A DNA stretch of 64,000 bases, from contig DAOVJY010000001.1 of assembly GCA_030632085.1 (NCBI GenBank), positions 2,125 through 66,124 on the forward strand. The letters are read 5' to 3'. The notes under the pieces were generated by a model. It was not told where the DNA came from, did not search any database, and worked only from the letters and a program-made list of their open reading frames with translations. Source of the DNA: Candidatus Omnitrophota bacterium. Its GTDB lineage: Bacteria > Omnitrophota > Gorgyraeia > JAGLLT01. A program made the position numbers and the translations under genes. Of this stretch, positions 1-10,160 are shown piece after piece (the first letter of the stretch is position 1; the number at the start of each line of letters is the position of its first letter).

Positions 1-613
1 GATCCGAATGTAAGCATAGCGGCTTCCCTGCTCTTAACCATCTTAACGACTCAACTACAGCTCTTCTTCTTGGGCGAGCTGAAATAACATTAATACCGAC
101 ATTACGCATGACCTTTTTCCACATATCGGTCACTCCTTCATCGTCAGCAAACCTCATCACTAAAGTAAAAGGATATCCTTCTAAGCTCAGGCGAGATGTC
201 ATAATAGGAAAACTACCAAAATGAGCGCTAATACATATAAGTCCCTTACCTTTTTTTAACTCACTATCAAGGTGTTCGGCGCCTTCAATCTCAATTAAAT
301 CTTTTAACTTTTGATGTACATTTTTATCTAAAGCTAGCTTTATAATTTCCAGAGCTCCCCAAGTAATCTCACAATAGCTTTCAACGGCTATTTTCCGTAT
401 TTCAGAAAGAGTTTTTTCTTTAAAAGATTCTTTTAAATTATCAAGAGTAATCCTTCTGTATCTTGGCACAACCCAAAAGGCCAAATATCCCATAAATCTT
501 GAAAAGGGATAAAGTAGGCACTCCGGCAGCCATTTAATAATATCCATAGAGAATTTTATAAAATATCTACCGGCAACTCTTTCAAGCCTTCTTATTTTTT
601 CGTTTCGCTTCAT
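1..613 (-). CDS. Lipid A / lysophospholipid acyltransferase family protein (LpxL-like), runs off window start
   Basis: Manual translation from ATG at 613: MKRNEKIRRLERVAG...NLKESF...IEIEGAEHLDSELKKGKGLICISAHFGSFP, matching the LpxL-type motif EG.EHL....GKG.I..SAH.G. Confidence 0.8.
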   Translation of the reverse strand, partial: MKRNEKIRRLERVAGRYFIKFSMDIIKWLPECLLYPFSRFMGYLAFWVVPRYRRITLDNLKESFKEKTLSEIRKIAVESYCEITWGALEIIKLALDKNVHQKLKDLIEIEGAEHLDSELKKGKGLICISAHFGSFPIMTSRLSLEGYPFTLVMRFADDEGVTDMWKKVMRNVGINVISARPRRRAVVESLRWLRAGKPLCLHSD

Positions 614-676
614 TTATAACATCCTTTAAATTATATATAACACTATCAAGATAAATAAGTTAAGTCAATGACTAAA

Positions 677-1333
677 TCAGGCCATGAACCCTTTTTGCCT
701 AAGAAAGTCAATTGTAATCTTCGTATCTTTTTTACCGGGCGCATATGAATTACTTTTAGAAGCATTGATATACTTTGCGAGAATATCAAATTCCAGATTA
801 ACCTTATCTGCCCTTTTCGCGAACCGCAGAGTAGTAGCCATCATGGTTTGAGGCAGGGCGTTGAAAGTAAAAGAGCGATTATCAACGCTTGAAACAGTAA
901 GACTGATGCCATTTACCGCAATACTGCCCTTTTCTACAATAAGCTCCGCGAATTTATCGGGAAAACTTATGTTGAATACTGTCGCGTCATTTTTTTTGTT
1001 AATATTGGTAATTTCACCTAAACAGTCTACATGCCCGGTTACAAAATGTCCGCTAATTTTACTTGCGGCTTTAAGTGAAAATTCAATATTAACCATATCA
1101 AAAGCGCGCAAATTACATATATTTGTATCACTTAAGGTTTGCTTCATAGCATAAAAAGAAACCTGATTATCATTTATCGCGTTTACAGTTTGACAGACTC
1201 CATTTACGGCAATGCTTTCCCCTATTGATACCTCTTCGGATAATTTATCAAGCTTGACCGAAAATATTTTTTTATCAAGCGAATCCTTAACAAACCCTAC
1301 AGGGACAACCTGCTCAATAATGCCGGTAAACAT
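677..1333 (-). CDS. ribE: Riboflavin synthase (alpha chain)
   Basis: MFTGII N-terminus; SIAVNGVCQTV, GHFVTGHVD, KGSIAVNGISLTV, VNLEFD. Confidence 0.96.
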   Translation of the reverse strand: MFTGIIEQVVPVGFVKDSLDKKIFSVKLDKLSEEVSIGESIAVNGVCQTVNAINDNQVSFYAMKQTLSDTNICNLRAFDMVNIEFSLKAASKISGHFVTGHVDCLGEITNINKKNDATVFNISFPDKFAELIVEKGSIAVNGISLTVSSVDNRSFTFNALPQTMMATTLRFAKRADKVNLEFDILAKYINASKSNSYAPGKKDTKITIDFLRQKGFMA

Positions 1334-2442
1334 TAGATATAAGCCTCCATCATTATCTCTTTGCCTAAAATACTATAAGATACATTCTTTAATTCTATAG
1401 ACTCTTTCATTTTTTTCTTTAAACCGCAATCAATAGCTAACGCATCCCTATCAGCCAACAATTTTGGAGCTATAAAGAAAATAAATTTATCCGCCAATTT
1501 CCGCTTAATAAAAGAACATAATAGTTTAGGGCCGGCTTCAACAATAATATTCGCGATACCCATTCTACCTAATACTTTTATTATTTCATTAAGGGATAGC
1601 CCTTCCTTCGTTTCCTTAACCTTGATAATTTTCACATGCTTAAACTGAGTTATTTTTTTAAATTTTTTAAGAGCGGGTTTTTCAGATGTAAATATTATAA
1701 CTTCAGGGCAATTATTTTTAAGAATATGCGCCGTTAGGGGGACTTTTAACTTAGAATCCAGTAGAATTCTTCGAGGATTATTTTTTTTTGAATAAAGGCG
1801 GCAAGTCATTTTCGGATTATCACTTAGCACTGTACCGATACCCGTCAAGACAGCTCCTGTTTGATATCGTAATTTGTGCACAATTTTTCTACAGGCAAGA
1901 GAAGTTATCCACTTAGAATCACCTGTTTTCGCGGCCATCTTTCCGTCTAACGTTTGAGCAATTTTCAGTGTAATGAAAGGTATTTTATATTTAATAAATT
2001 TATCAATATCTTCATTTATTTTACTTGCTTCAGTTTCGAGAACTCCAATTTTTACCGCAATATCATTCTCGCTTAATATTTTGACACCTCTATTTCTATT
2101 AACCGGATTGGAATCAAGAGTAGCGATAACTACTTTTTTTATACCTGATTTAATAATTGCTTCAGTACAAGGAGGTGTTTTTCCGAATGTCCCGCATGGC
2201 TCAAGCGTAACATACATACACGCCCCCTGAGCGCGCTTACCGGCCTTATTTAGAGCGTTAACCTCGGCATGAGCTTCGCCGGCTTTTCTATGATAAGCTC
2301 TGGCGATAATTTTATTTGATTTAACTATCACAGCTCCCACGCTGGGATTGGGATATGTGAGCCCCTTAGCTTTTTTAGCCAGTCCTAGAGCTTGCCGCAT
2401 ATAATATTGATCATCAACTTTTTGCTTTGATTTGCCCGGCAT
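1333..2442 (-). CDS. ribD: Bifunctional diaminohydroxyphosphoribosylaminopyrimidine deaminase/reductase
   Basis: PNPSVGAVIV, HAE, TLEPC..TPPC zinc motifs; AQTLDGK, SKWIT, DNP, VEAG reductase motifs. Confidence 0.96.
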   Translation of the reverse strand: MPGKSKQKVDDQYYMRQALGLAKKAKGLTYPNPSVGAVIVKSNKIIARAYHRKAGEAHAEVNALNKAGKRAQGACMYVTLEPCGTFGKTPPCTEAIIKSGIKKVVIATLDSNPVNRNRGVKILSENDIAVKIGVLETEASKINEDIDKFIKYKIPFITLKIAQTLDGKMAAKTGDSKWITSLACRKIVHKLRYQTGAVLTGIGTVLSDNPKMTCRLYSKKNNPRRILLDSKLKVPLTAHILKNNCPEVIIFTSEKPALKKFKKITQFKHVKIIKVKETKEGLSLNEIIKVLGRMGIANIIVEAGPKLLCSFIKRKLADKFIFFIAPKLLADRDALAIDCGLKKKMKESIELKNVSYSILGKEIMMEAYI

Positions 2443-2842
2443 CTATATCTCTTTTTATCTTATCAAGGATTCCGTTAACAAATTTACCGGATTCTTCATC
2501 CCCATATTTTTTAGCCAAATTAATCGCTTCATTTATGGAAACCTTAGCCGGAACTTCAGACTCATATATCAATTCATAGGCTGCCATGCGCAGAATATTC
2601 CTATCAACCGTTGCCATTCTTTTTAGCTGCCAATTCTGAGCACTTTTTGAGATTATGTCATCCAGAGTAGATATATTTTCAAGAGCACCCTTCATGAGAG
2701 AATTAGCAAAACTAGCAATGTCGTCCTCTACATCTTTTAAAGGCTCAAAGTCAAATATATTATTAGACCAATCATCATTTCTAATATCTTGCTGGTAAAG
2801 AAATTGCAAAGCTATCTCTCTCGCCTTAGTCCTCTTCCTCAA
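2414..2842 (-). CDS. nusB: Transcription antitermination factor NusB
   Basis: RTKAREIALQFLYQ, VDRNILR, INEAINLAKKYG, FVNGILD; start placed at TTG 2842 behind GGAG RBS (the ORF-track extension runs into a heptamer tract). Confidence 0.95.
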   Translation of the reverse strand: MRKRTKAREIALQFLYQQDIRNDDWSNNIFDFEPLKDVEDDIASFANSLMKGALENISTLDDIISKSAQNWQLKRMATVDRNILRMAAYELIYESEVPAKVSINEAINLAKKYGDEESGKFVNGILDKIKRDIDAGQIKAKS

Positions 2843-2861
2843 TTTATCTCTCCTGGTATAA

Positions 2862-3095
2862 GTTTCAAGTATAAAGTCATAAGTCACAAGTCACAAACAA
2901 GAACTAAGAGCAAATAAAAAACAAACACCAATAATCAAATAGTTGTTTCTGTTTTAGTTTGGTTATTTGAATTTGGTCATTGGTTATTATTTGGTTATTG
3001 TATCTTGTATCTTGTATCTTGTGTCTTATGTCTTGCAACTTGTGTCTTATTTCTTGCGTCTTGTGTCCTGTGACTTATGACTTATTTCTTGCTTC
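2862..3095. repeat. Degenerate heptamer tract with inverted arms
   Basis: Left AAGTCAT/AAGTCAC units and right CTTGTAT/CTTGTGT/CTTATGA units in opposite orientation, with inner CCAATAA/TTGGTTA units. Confidence 0.8.
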
Positions 3096-3151
3096 TAACT
3101 TAATCCTTAGAGCTCACCATCAGTTTACTAACAGTGAGCGCCTTAATCCCT
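3089..3151. repeat. 63-bp dispersed element with GCTCAC..GTGAGC hairpin (copy 1)
   Basis: Near-identical to 54678..54740; followed by mini-hairpin GTCCGCCTATGGCGGGC (3152..3168) that is absent from copy 2. Confidence 0.85.
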
Positions 3152-3188
3152 GTCCGCCTATGGCGGGCTTAATCCTGTTTTAGGATGT

Positions 3189-3653
3189 CTATATAAGCTT
3201 CTGTAAGTTTGCGAGTTCTATGGCACTCATAGCAGCTTGAAAACCTTTATTGCCTTCTTTGGCTCCGGCTCGATCAATAGCTTGTTCTAAATTTTCAGCC
3301 GTTATCACACCGAACGTTAAAGGTTTTTTACCTTTAAGCTGCAAAGCGGCAATACCTTTAGATACTTCAGAAGCCACATAATCAAAATGCGGAGTCTGCC
3401 CCTTAATAACCGCTCCCAGGCAAATTATAGCATCTTCATTGCCTTTTTCAACCAGTTTTGCCGCTACAAACGGAATCTCAAAAGAACCGGGCACCCAGAT
3501 AACTTTAATATCAGTTTCTTTAACGCCATGTCTCTTCAGGCAATCAAGCGCTCCATCAATAAGCCTGGATGTAATGAACTCATTAAACCTTGAAGCTACA
3601 ATAGAAAACTTACTTCCTTTGCCGATTAAATCCGCTGAAACTATCTTTACCAT
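3189..3653 (-). CDS. ribH: 6,7-dimethyl-8-ribityllumazine synthase
   Basis: SRFNEFIT, VPGSFEIP, LGAVIKGQTPHFDYV, GNKG. Confidence 0.97.
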   Translation of the reverse strand: MVKIVSADLIGKGSKFSIVASRFNEFITSRLIDGALDCLKRHGVKETDIKVIWVPGSFEIPFVAAKLVEKGNEDAIICLGAVIKGQTPHFDYVASEVSKGIAALQLKGKKPLTFGVITAENLEQAIDRAGAKEGNKGFQAAMSAIELANLQKLI

Positions 3654-3667
3654 GTTTTCCTCCTCGC

Positions 3668-3757
3668 GTTTTGTTTTTTTGTTCTTTACTTGTGTCTTAT
3701 TTCTTGTTTCTTATTTGTTTTTTTGCTTGTGACTGGTGACTTATAACTTATTTCTCT
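3668..3757. repeat. Degenerate heptamer tract
   Basis: CTTGTGT/CTTATTT/CTTGTGA/CTGGTGA units; CTTGTGACTGGTGACTT is shared with the tract at ~36146. Confidence 0.7.
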
Positions 3758-3759
3758 GC

Positions 3760-4962
3760 TTACAGGTCCAATAAATGTCCTAATTTTTCTTTTTTTACCT
3801 TTAAATATTTATCATTATATGCAGTTGGTTTTATAACCAACGGAATTCTTTTTGTAATCACAAGGCCGTAACCTTCAAGTCCAACAACCTTTTTAGGGTT
3901 ATTAGTGATTAACTGTATTTTTTTAAGGCCTAAGTCGGCTAAAATTTGCGCGCCGGTACCATAATCTCTCAAGTCCGCTTTAAAACCGAGAGCTTCATTA
4001 GCCTCAACAGTATCTAACCCCTTATCTTGCAGGTGATAAGCTTTAAGCTTGTTAGCTAAACCTATTCCCCTTCCTTCCTGGCGCATGTACAAAAGAACAC
4101 CTTTTTTTCTTTTTTTAATCATATTTAATGACTTTTCCAGCTGCTGCCCGCAATCACATCTTCTCGAAAAAAGCACATCTCCGGTAAGGCATTCCGAGTG
4201 CACCCGCACCAGAACTTCACCGTTTAGTTTCCCCGTAGTCAGGGCAATATGCTCAAAATTATCAATAAGTGCCTTATAAAGATACATTTTAAAATTACCA
4301 AATTTAGTAGGTAGCTTTGTTTGAGTAAGGCGTACTACGAGTTTATCGCGCTTCATCCTGTATTTAATTAAATCTTTAATGGTGCAAATTTTTAATTTAT
4401 GTTTCGCGGCAAACTCTTTGAGTTCGGGCAAGCGGGACATTTCACCATTAGAACTCATAATTTCACATATAACACCGGCTGGGTATAATCCGCCAGCCTT
4501 CATTAAATCGATACAAGCTTCAGTATGCCCGGCTCTAAGTAAAACGCCGCCTTTTTTAGCTTTTAAAGGAAACATATGGCCCGGTTTAATTAAATCCTCA
4601 GGTTTGGTCTTAGGATTAATAAGCGCTTTAATGGTTCTTGCTCGATCAGCCGCCGATATTCCGGTAGTAACATTCTTTTTAGCATCAACAGAAATAGCCC
4701 AATCGGTTCTATAGGCATCCATTTCTCCCTGATGCGAAACATGCCTCATAGGAGGTATTTTCAATTCGTCAAGGCGATTAGCTTCCAAGGGCACGCAAAT
4801 AAGCCCCCTCCCGTAAGTTGCCATGAAATTTATATTATCTTTTGTGGCAAATTCGGCAGCTAAAATAAGGTCACCCTCATTTTCTCGGTCTTCATCATCA
4901 ACCACTATCACCATTTTGCCTTTTTTTAGGTCTTTAATGATATCTTCAATTTTATCTGGCAT
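3760..4962 (-). CDS. ribBA: Bifunctional DHBP synthase / GTP cyclohydrolase II
   Basis: DDEDRENEGD, RAGHTEA, VRVHSECLTGD, RCDCG, QEGRGIGL, TNNPKK. Confidence 0.97.
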   Translation of the reverse strand: MPDKIEDIIKDLKKGKMVIVVDDEDRENEGDLILAAEFATKDNINFMATYGRGLICVPLEANRLDELKIPPMRHVSHQGEMDAYRTDWAISVDAKKNVTTGISAADRARTIKALINPKTKPEDLIKPGHMFPLKAKKGGVLLRAGHTEACIDLMKAGGLYPAGVICEIMSSNGEMSRLPELKEFAAKHKLKICTIKDLIKYRMKRDKLVVRLTQTKLPTKFGNFKMYLYKALIDNFEHIALTTGKLNGEVLVRVHSECLTGDVLFSRRCDCGQQLEKSLNMIKKRKKGVLLYMRQEGRGIGLANKLKAYHLQDKGLDTVEANEALGFKADLRDYGTGAQILADLGLKKIQLITNNPKKVVGLEGYGLVITKRIPLVIKPTAYNDKYLKVKKEKLGHLLDL

Positions 4963-5010
4963 ATATTAATCCCTTTTATCCCACGAATAAAATTTGGCGC
5001 GCACTGCGCT

Positions 5011-5040
5011 CAATAAAAAAACCCGGAGTGGTCTCCGGGA
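5011..5040 (-). terminator. Intrinsic terminator, expression platform of the FMN riboswitch
   Basis: Minus strand CCCGGAGACCACTCCGGG followed by a T8 run, between the aptamer and the ribBA start. Confidence 0.85.
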
Positions 5041-5063
5041 TATAAATCAATACATTCTAAACA

Positions 5064-5181
5064 AACCTTCTCTCATCTAGACTTTAACTATTGGCAACGG
5101 AATTTAACCGTTTCTGTCCGCATGAGGCGGACTCGTGGGCTTTTACCACCAGTTGGGAATCGCACCCATATCCCGAAGGCT
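5064..5181 (-). ncRNA. FMN riboswitch (RFN element)
   Basis: Minus strand CCUUCGGG..GGGUGCGAUUCCC.ACUGGUGGUAAAAGCCCACG..GGUUAAAUUCC..CCAAUAGUUAAAGUCUAGAUGAGAGAAGG matches the RFN consensus, upstream of the rib operon. Confidence 0.93.
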
Positions 5182-5187
5182 GTAGGT

Positions 5188-5216
5188 ATAATATGTTATA
5201 ATCTTCAATCTGTCAA
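5188..5216 (-). promoter_or_regulatory. Sigma70-type promoter for rib leader
   Basis: TTGACA-17bp-TATTAT immediately upstream of the riboswitch. Confidence 0.75.
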
Positions 5217-5270
5217 TGGTTTTATTGTTTTTTTGTAGCTTGACTTTTTTGCGCGGCTTGTATACCATCA

Positions 5271-6449
5271 ATGGATATGACCGATAATAAATATAAAAAT
5301 ATAGCTGAGGAATTAAAGCGTGCCAAACACGAGCTTTTTCTTTTTTGTGAAATTAGCAATGCTATGCGCGCGTCATTAAAATTAGATCATATCCTTTACG
5401 CAATTTTAACCGGCGTAACGGCTAAAGAAGGATTAGATTTTGATAGGGCCTTTCTTTTCCTGGTCAGCGAAGACAAAAAAAAGCTTGTTGGTAAAATGGC
5501 TATTGGCCCTAAAAGCGGTCAAAAACCTGATAAAATATGGCATCAAATAAAACAGGAAAAGAAAAATTTAGGCGACCTGGTCCGGTCTTACGACCAGTTT
5601 AGCGGTAAACTTCACAAAGGGTTATCAAGTTTGGTGAGAAAAATCTCTATACCGCTTAATGAAGACGCGGGCATTCCGGTATTAACCGTCCTTGAGAACA
5701 TGCCCCATAAGGTTAAACTCACGACAGCGGCAAAAAAAGTAAATAAAGACTTCTTGGAAACTCTTCAGATATCTGACTTTATAGCCATGCCTCTTAGAGG
5801 TAAAAACGAAGTTCATGGTGTCTTGATAGCTGATAATCCAATTACAAAAAAGGCCATTGACAAAAACGACATAAGAATTCTTGGTTTATTCGCGAACCAA
5901 GCCGGCTTAGCAATTGATAACTCTAAGCATTATGAAGATACTAGAAAACTTACCGAGCTGGATTCGCTGACATTTTTATATAATCATGGAAAATTTCAAC
6001 AGCTCTTAAACGATGAAGTAAAGAAAGCTTTTAGATATAAAGGTAATTTATCACTTTTATTTATTGACATGGATAATTTTAAAAAATTTAATGACACGTA
6101 CGGCCACCAAGCGGGAGACGAGGTACTAAGGCAACTTTCCGGTATACTTAAAAAAAATGCCAGGACATCCGATATGATTGCCAGATACGGCGGTGAAGAA
6201 TTTGGTATAATATGCGTGCGTACAAAAAAAGAACATGCTTTAAAATTAGCGGAAAGAATAAGAAAAGCCGTTGAAGTTCATAATTTCCGCCTAAATAATC
6301 ACAAAACGAAACACAAGCTAACTGTGACTATTGGTATCTCAACCCTGCAACCACCTATCAGTGATAAAAATAGCCTAATCAAAAAAGCTGACCAGGCACT
6401 TTACAAAGGCAAAGATAAAGGAAGAAACACAATTGAAGCTTCAAGCTAG
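5271..6449 (+). CDS. GAF-domain diguanylate cyclase
   Basis: N-terminal GAF (DRAFLFL...LFANQAGLAIDN); DSLT, DMDNFKKFNDTYGHQAGD, RTSD I-site, ARYGGEEF. Confidence 0.93.
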   Translation: MDMTDNKYKNIAEELKRAKHELFLFCEISNAMRASLKLDHILYAILTGVTAKEGLDFDRAFLFLVSEDKKKLVGKMAIGPKSGQKPDKIWHQIKQEKKNLGDLVRSYDQFSGKLHKGLSSLVRKISIPLNEDAGIPVLTVLENMPHKVKLTTAAKKVNKDFLETLQISDFIAMPLRGKNEVHGVLIADNPITKKAIDKNDIRILGLFANQAGLAIDNSKHYEDTRKLTELDSLTFLYNHGKFQQLLNDEVKKAFRYKGNLSLLFIDMDNFKKFNDTYGHQAGDEVLRQLSGILKKNARTSDMIARYGGEEFGIICVRTKKEHALKLAERIRKAVEVHNFRLNNHKTKHKLTVTIGISTLQPPISDKNSLIKKADQALYKGKDKGRNTIEASS

Positions 6450-9400
6450 GCAACTACCGCGGGCTCTTTCTCCTCTGACTCAATAAACTTAACTGAAACT
6501 ATTTTAGATATACCGGACTCTTCCATGGTGACCCCATACATAACGTCAGCCATGTCAATCGTCTTCTTGTTGTGCGTTATAATGATAAACTGAGAGCTTT
6601 TAATGAACTCACTCAAGACTCTGGTAAATCTAACCACATTTGCCTCATCCAACGGAGCATCTATTTCATCTAAAACGCAGAATGGACTAGGTTTAACCTT
6701 AAATACCGCAAACAACAAAGCTATAGCACAAAGAGCCTTTTCCCCGCCGGATAATAAACTTATGTTCTGAAGTTTTTTCCCTGGAGGCCTGGCAATAATC
6801 TCAATACCACTTTCTAAAACATTTCTTTCATCAACCAAATATATTTTCGCGCTGCCGCCGCCAAACAATAATTTAAAGAATTCTTCAAAAGTTACCTTAA
6901 TCTGCTCAAAAGTTTCTTTGAACATAGCCGTTGTGGTTTTGTTTATTTTGATAATTGCTTTATGTAATGATTCACGCGCGTCTTCAAGGTCTTGTTTTTG
7001 ATGGCTCAGAAAATCAAATCTATCCCGCAATTCCTGGTGTTCTTCTATAGCCACTAAATTAACAGCTCCCATGCCTTGCAATTTTTTCTTTAAAACATCA
7101 ACTTCTCTTTCAAGCTCATCCCAGTTAATATTATCCTCAAGCTGCAATTCAACCTTAGAAATATTAATCTGATAAGCGTTTTCAACTCTATCGCATAAAT
7201 TTTCTATTTTAAACGAAGATTCGGTATTTTTCACATCGTAAGTGTGTAAATTATTTCTTAAATTATTTAAGTCGTCCTGCTTTTTCCGTAAATTAATATT
7301 ATGCTCCTTAAGCGCGGTAAGTATATTGTTTCTCGCCAAACTCAATGATTGAATTTCGCTTTCAATACCGCTTTTACTTTGATCACATTGTTCATTGTCA
7401 AGCTTTAGCTTTTCAACCTCACATGTAAGTTCCGCTATCTTATGCACTGAAATACTTCTCTCATTGCGGTTATTTTCTAAAACCCCGTTAGACTCTTCAA
7501 TGGAATGCTCAACAACTCCGCACATATCCGCTTTATTGGCATATAACTTATCTATGGATGATAATTCAGTTTTAATCTGAGTAAGACTAACCAGAATATC
7601 CTGGATTTTTTGGTTGCTTTCTTTAATAACAGATTCGTTTTCTGAAATTAAAGCTTGCAGCACGACGCTTCTTTCCTTTGTTTCATGAAGCTTTTGCTCA
7701 TTTTCAATCTGTCTCCGGGAAAGTTTAGACCGCTCTTCTTGCGACTCTTGGGCTTCAGCGTCAATTAACAAAACTTCTTCTTCAAATTTCTTATGCTCAC
7801 CGTTAAGCGCGTTAAGCTTTGATTCAAAATTAGCCTTTTTAATCTCATCTTGATGAATAACATCTTCCAATGCCCTTATTTTGTCTTCCAGTAATTTTAT
7901 CTCTGTTTCTTTTTCAACTGTAAGTTTTTTCTTTTGTTCAACTTCAGTTGACTTAATTTTTAATTCATCCGCGAGTTTATTAATTCTAGCATCCCGCCCG
8001 ATAAGGCTGGTCTCCTCGGAAAGATTACAAGCTCCACCGGATATCCTTGCCAGAGAATAAATCTCACCCGCTTTAGTTATAATTCTTATTTTCGGAGATA
8101 ATTGACTATTCTTAAGTATGCTTTTTGCCTCAGAAGCGCTGTTAACTATATATGTATCTTTGGCAACGTATTTAATAATACCGCTATATCTTTCGTCAAC
8201 ATCAATAAAATCACATAAAGGGCCCAAGGTTTGCGCTTTCAAATTGGCGTCGGGCCGCAATTCAAGATGGTCAATTTTATCAAGTATAAGAAAATTAATA
8301 CGCCCAAGCCCCCCGGCATCAATATGCTCAATAGCTTCTTTTAGCCGCTCAACATTGTCAATAATAATATCCTGAGCATAGCTGCCTATGGCTATTTCAG
8401 CACAAATCTCATAACCATCCTTTACTTTTATCAAATTAGCTAAGGAATCACAAATCCCAACAAAAGGTAATTCTTGCGACTTAGCTTGCATGAGTAATGA
8501 TTTAACGGAATTTGAATAACCCTCGTATCTTTCTTTTAAATCTTTGAGAAAATCAAGTTTCGATTTTAAGGATGTCATTACATGCTGCAGTTCATCAATC
8601 TCGTTTTTTAATTTATTAAAAGCATTTCTGTCACTTTCCAGATTTTCCGATAAAGTTATCTTCTCTCTTTTAAGATCATCCAAATCGGTGTTTATGCGTT
8701 CATACTCCGCGTCTAAATTCTTCTTCCTTTCATCGATAAGCTCTTGCTCTTTTAATGTGTCATCTTTATCAATGTTCAATCTTCTTAGGCGAGAATTAAT
8801 ATTCTGGAGATTAGCCTTAAGCTCCACTAACTCGTTATTAAATTTAGTTTCTTCAGCCGCTAAATTAATTAACTCATCTTTACCTTCTTTAATCTCACGA
8901 GTTTTTTCTTCTACGCCTCGAGATAATTCATTTTGCGTTGTTTCAAACTCAGTTAACTTACTGTTTTTTTCAGTTGTGCTGCTTTCAATTTTCTCGAGTT
9001 CTTCTTTAGCCAGCTTTATTTGTTCATTTAATTTTGAAAGCTTCTCATCTGAAGCGCTGCTTTGCGTATCTAAATAGTTAATCCTGTCATTTAGCTCGGC
9101 GGAACGCTCTTTGTTCAAATCAATTTTTGATAAATTCTTCTCTAAGATTGAACTGACTTCAACTTTTTTTGAATGGAATCCGGATAAGCGTTCCTCAAAG
9201 TTATTAAGTTTTTGCCTGAGACTCTCGACCTGAGCATCCATCTCCTTTGTGCTACTCAAAAGAGCGGATTCTTTATCTTTAAGATCGCTTTTCCGGTTAT
9301 CGCTTGATAATCTTTGCTTTTTTAAATCAATAAATTTTCTATAAGCGGATTTAATTTCTAAACTTTTTAATGTTTCAAATTGCTCCTTATAACGCTCAGC

Positions 9401-10033
9401 TTTTCTGGCTTGGCGTTCAATTGACTTAATTTGCCTATTGACTTCATTAACAACATCATTAACTCTTTGTAAGTTAACTTTGGTATGCTCCAGTTTTCTG
9501 AGAGCTTCTTGTTTCTGAGATTTATATTTTGTAATTCCCGCGGCTTCATCAAAAATAAACCTTCTGTCTTCCGGTTTTGTGCTCAGGATTAAATCCATTT
9601 TTCCTTGTTCAATTAAAGAATAAGCAACCGTACCCACACCGGTTCCGTGAAATAAATCCTGCACATCCTTCAGGCGCACCCTTGTTTTATTTAACAAGTA
9701 TTCACTTTCTCCCGACCTGTGAAGCCGCCTGGTTACGGTAACCTCACTATAATCAATAGGTAATACTTTGTCATCATTACTAAGCGTCAAAGAAACCTCA
9801 GCTATATTAATAGGCTCACGATTATTAGTGCCGTTAAAAATAACATCTCCCATGGCAGCGCCCCTAAGAGCTGTAGGCTTTTGTTCGCCAAGTACCCATT
9901 TAATAGAGTCGGCGATATTAGATTTACCACAACCATTAGGGCCCACAATAGCAGTAACGCCGGGTTCAAAATTAATCTTTGTTTTTTCGGCGAACGATTT
10001 AAAACCGAATATTTCAAGCTTTTTTAAGCGCAT
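6446..10033 (-). CDS. smc: Chromosome segregation protein SMC
   Basis: FGFKSF, GPNGCGKSN Walker A, long coiled coils with central hinge, LSGGEK, LDEIDAPLD. Confidence 0.97.
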   Translation of the reverse strand: MRLKKLEIFGFKSFAEKTKINFEPGVTAIVGPNGCGKSNIADSIKWVLGEQKPTALRGAAMGDVIFNGTNNREPINIAEVSLTLSNDDKVLPIDYSEVTVTRRLHRSGESEYLLNKTRVRLKDVQDLFHGTGVGTVAYSLIEQGKMDLILSTKPEDRRFIFDEAAGITKYKSQKQEALRKLEHTKVNLQRVNDVVNEVNRQIKSIERQARKAERYKEQFETLKSLEIKSAYRKFIDLKKQRLSSDNRKSDLKDKESALLSSTKEMDAQVESLRQKLNNFEERLSGFHSKKVEVSSILEKNLSKIDLNKERSAELNDRINYLDTQSSASDEKLSKLNEQIKLAKEELEKIESSTTEKNSKLTEFETTQNELSRGVEEKTREIKEGKDELINLAAEETKFNNELVELKANLQNINSRLRRLNIDKDDTLKEQELIDERKKNLDAEYERINTDLDDLKREKITLSENLESDRNAFNKLKNEIDELQHVMTSLKSKLDFLKDLKERYEGYSNSVKSLLMQAKSQELPFVGICDSLANLIKVKDGYEICAEIAIGSYAQDIIIDNVERLKEAIEHIDAGGLGRINFLILDKIDHLELRPDANLKAQTLGPLCDFIDVDERYSGIIKYVAKDTYIVNSASEAKSILKNSQLSPKIRIITKAGEIYSLARISGGACNLSEETSLIGRDARINKLADELKIKSTEVEQKKKLTVEKETEIKLLEDKIRALEDVIHQDEIKKANFESKLNALNGEHKKFEEEVLLIDAEAQESQEERSKLSRRQIENEQKLHETKERSVVLQALISENESVIKESNQKIQDILVSLTQIKTELSSIDKLYANKADMCGVVEHSIEESNGVLENNRNERSISVHKIAELTCEVEKLKLDNEQCDQSKSGIESEIQSLSLARNNILTALKEHNINLRKKQDDLNNLRNNLHTYDVKNTESSFKIENLCDRVENAYQINISKVELQLEDNINWDELEREVDVLKKKLQGMGAVNLVAIEEHQELRDRFDFLSHQKQDLEDARESLHKAIIKINKTTTAMFKETFEQIKVTFEEFFKLLFGGGSAKIYLVDERNVLESGIEIIARPPGKKLQNISLLSGGEKALCAIALLFAVFKVKPSPFCVLDEIDAPLDEANVVRFTRVLSEFIKSSQFIIITHNKKTIDMADVMYGVTMEESGISKIVSVKFIESEEKEPAVVA

Positions 10034-10084
10034 ATTTTAAGAATCCTTCTTGCTTTTAAACATAACGCATTCAACTACAAGACA

Positions 10085-10113
10085 AATATATCATAATTCC
10101 TCGTATCTGTCAA
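10085..10113 (-). promoter_or_regulatory. Sigma70-type promoter for smc
   Basis: TTGACA-17bp-TATATT with a TG extension. Confidence 0.7.
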
Positions 10114-10160
10114 GACTGCAAAGAGTTATGTAATTTCTAAAAAAATTGTATTAAAATAGA

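Noticed and set aside
2843-2887. N-terminal extension of NusB in the ORF track
   Set aside because: It lies in repeat DNA; the RBS and family alignment favour TTG at 2842.
2980-3183. 67-aa Cys/Leu-rich ORF (also 36402-36683 and 36034-36378)
   Set aside because: These are translations of heptamer tracts (LVSC/LCL periodicity), antisense to the operon context.
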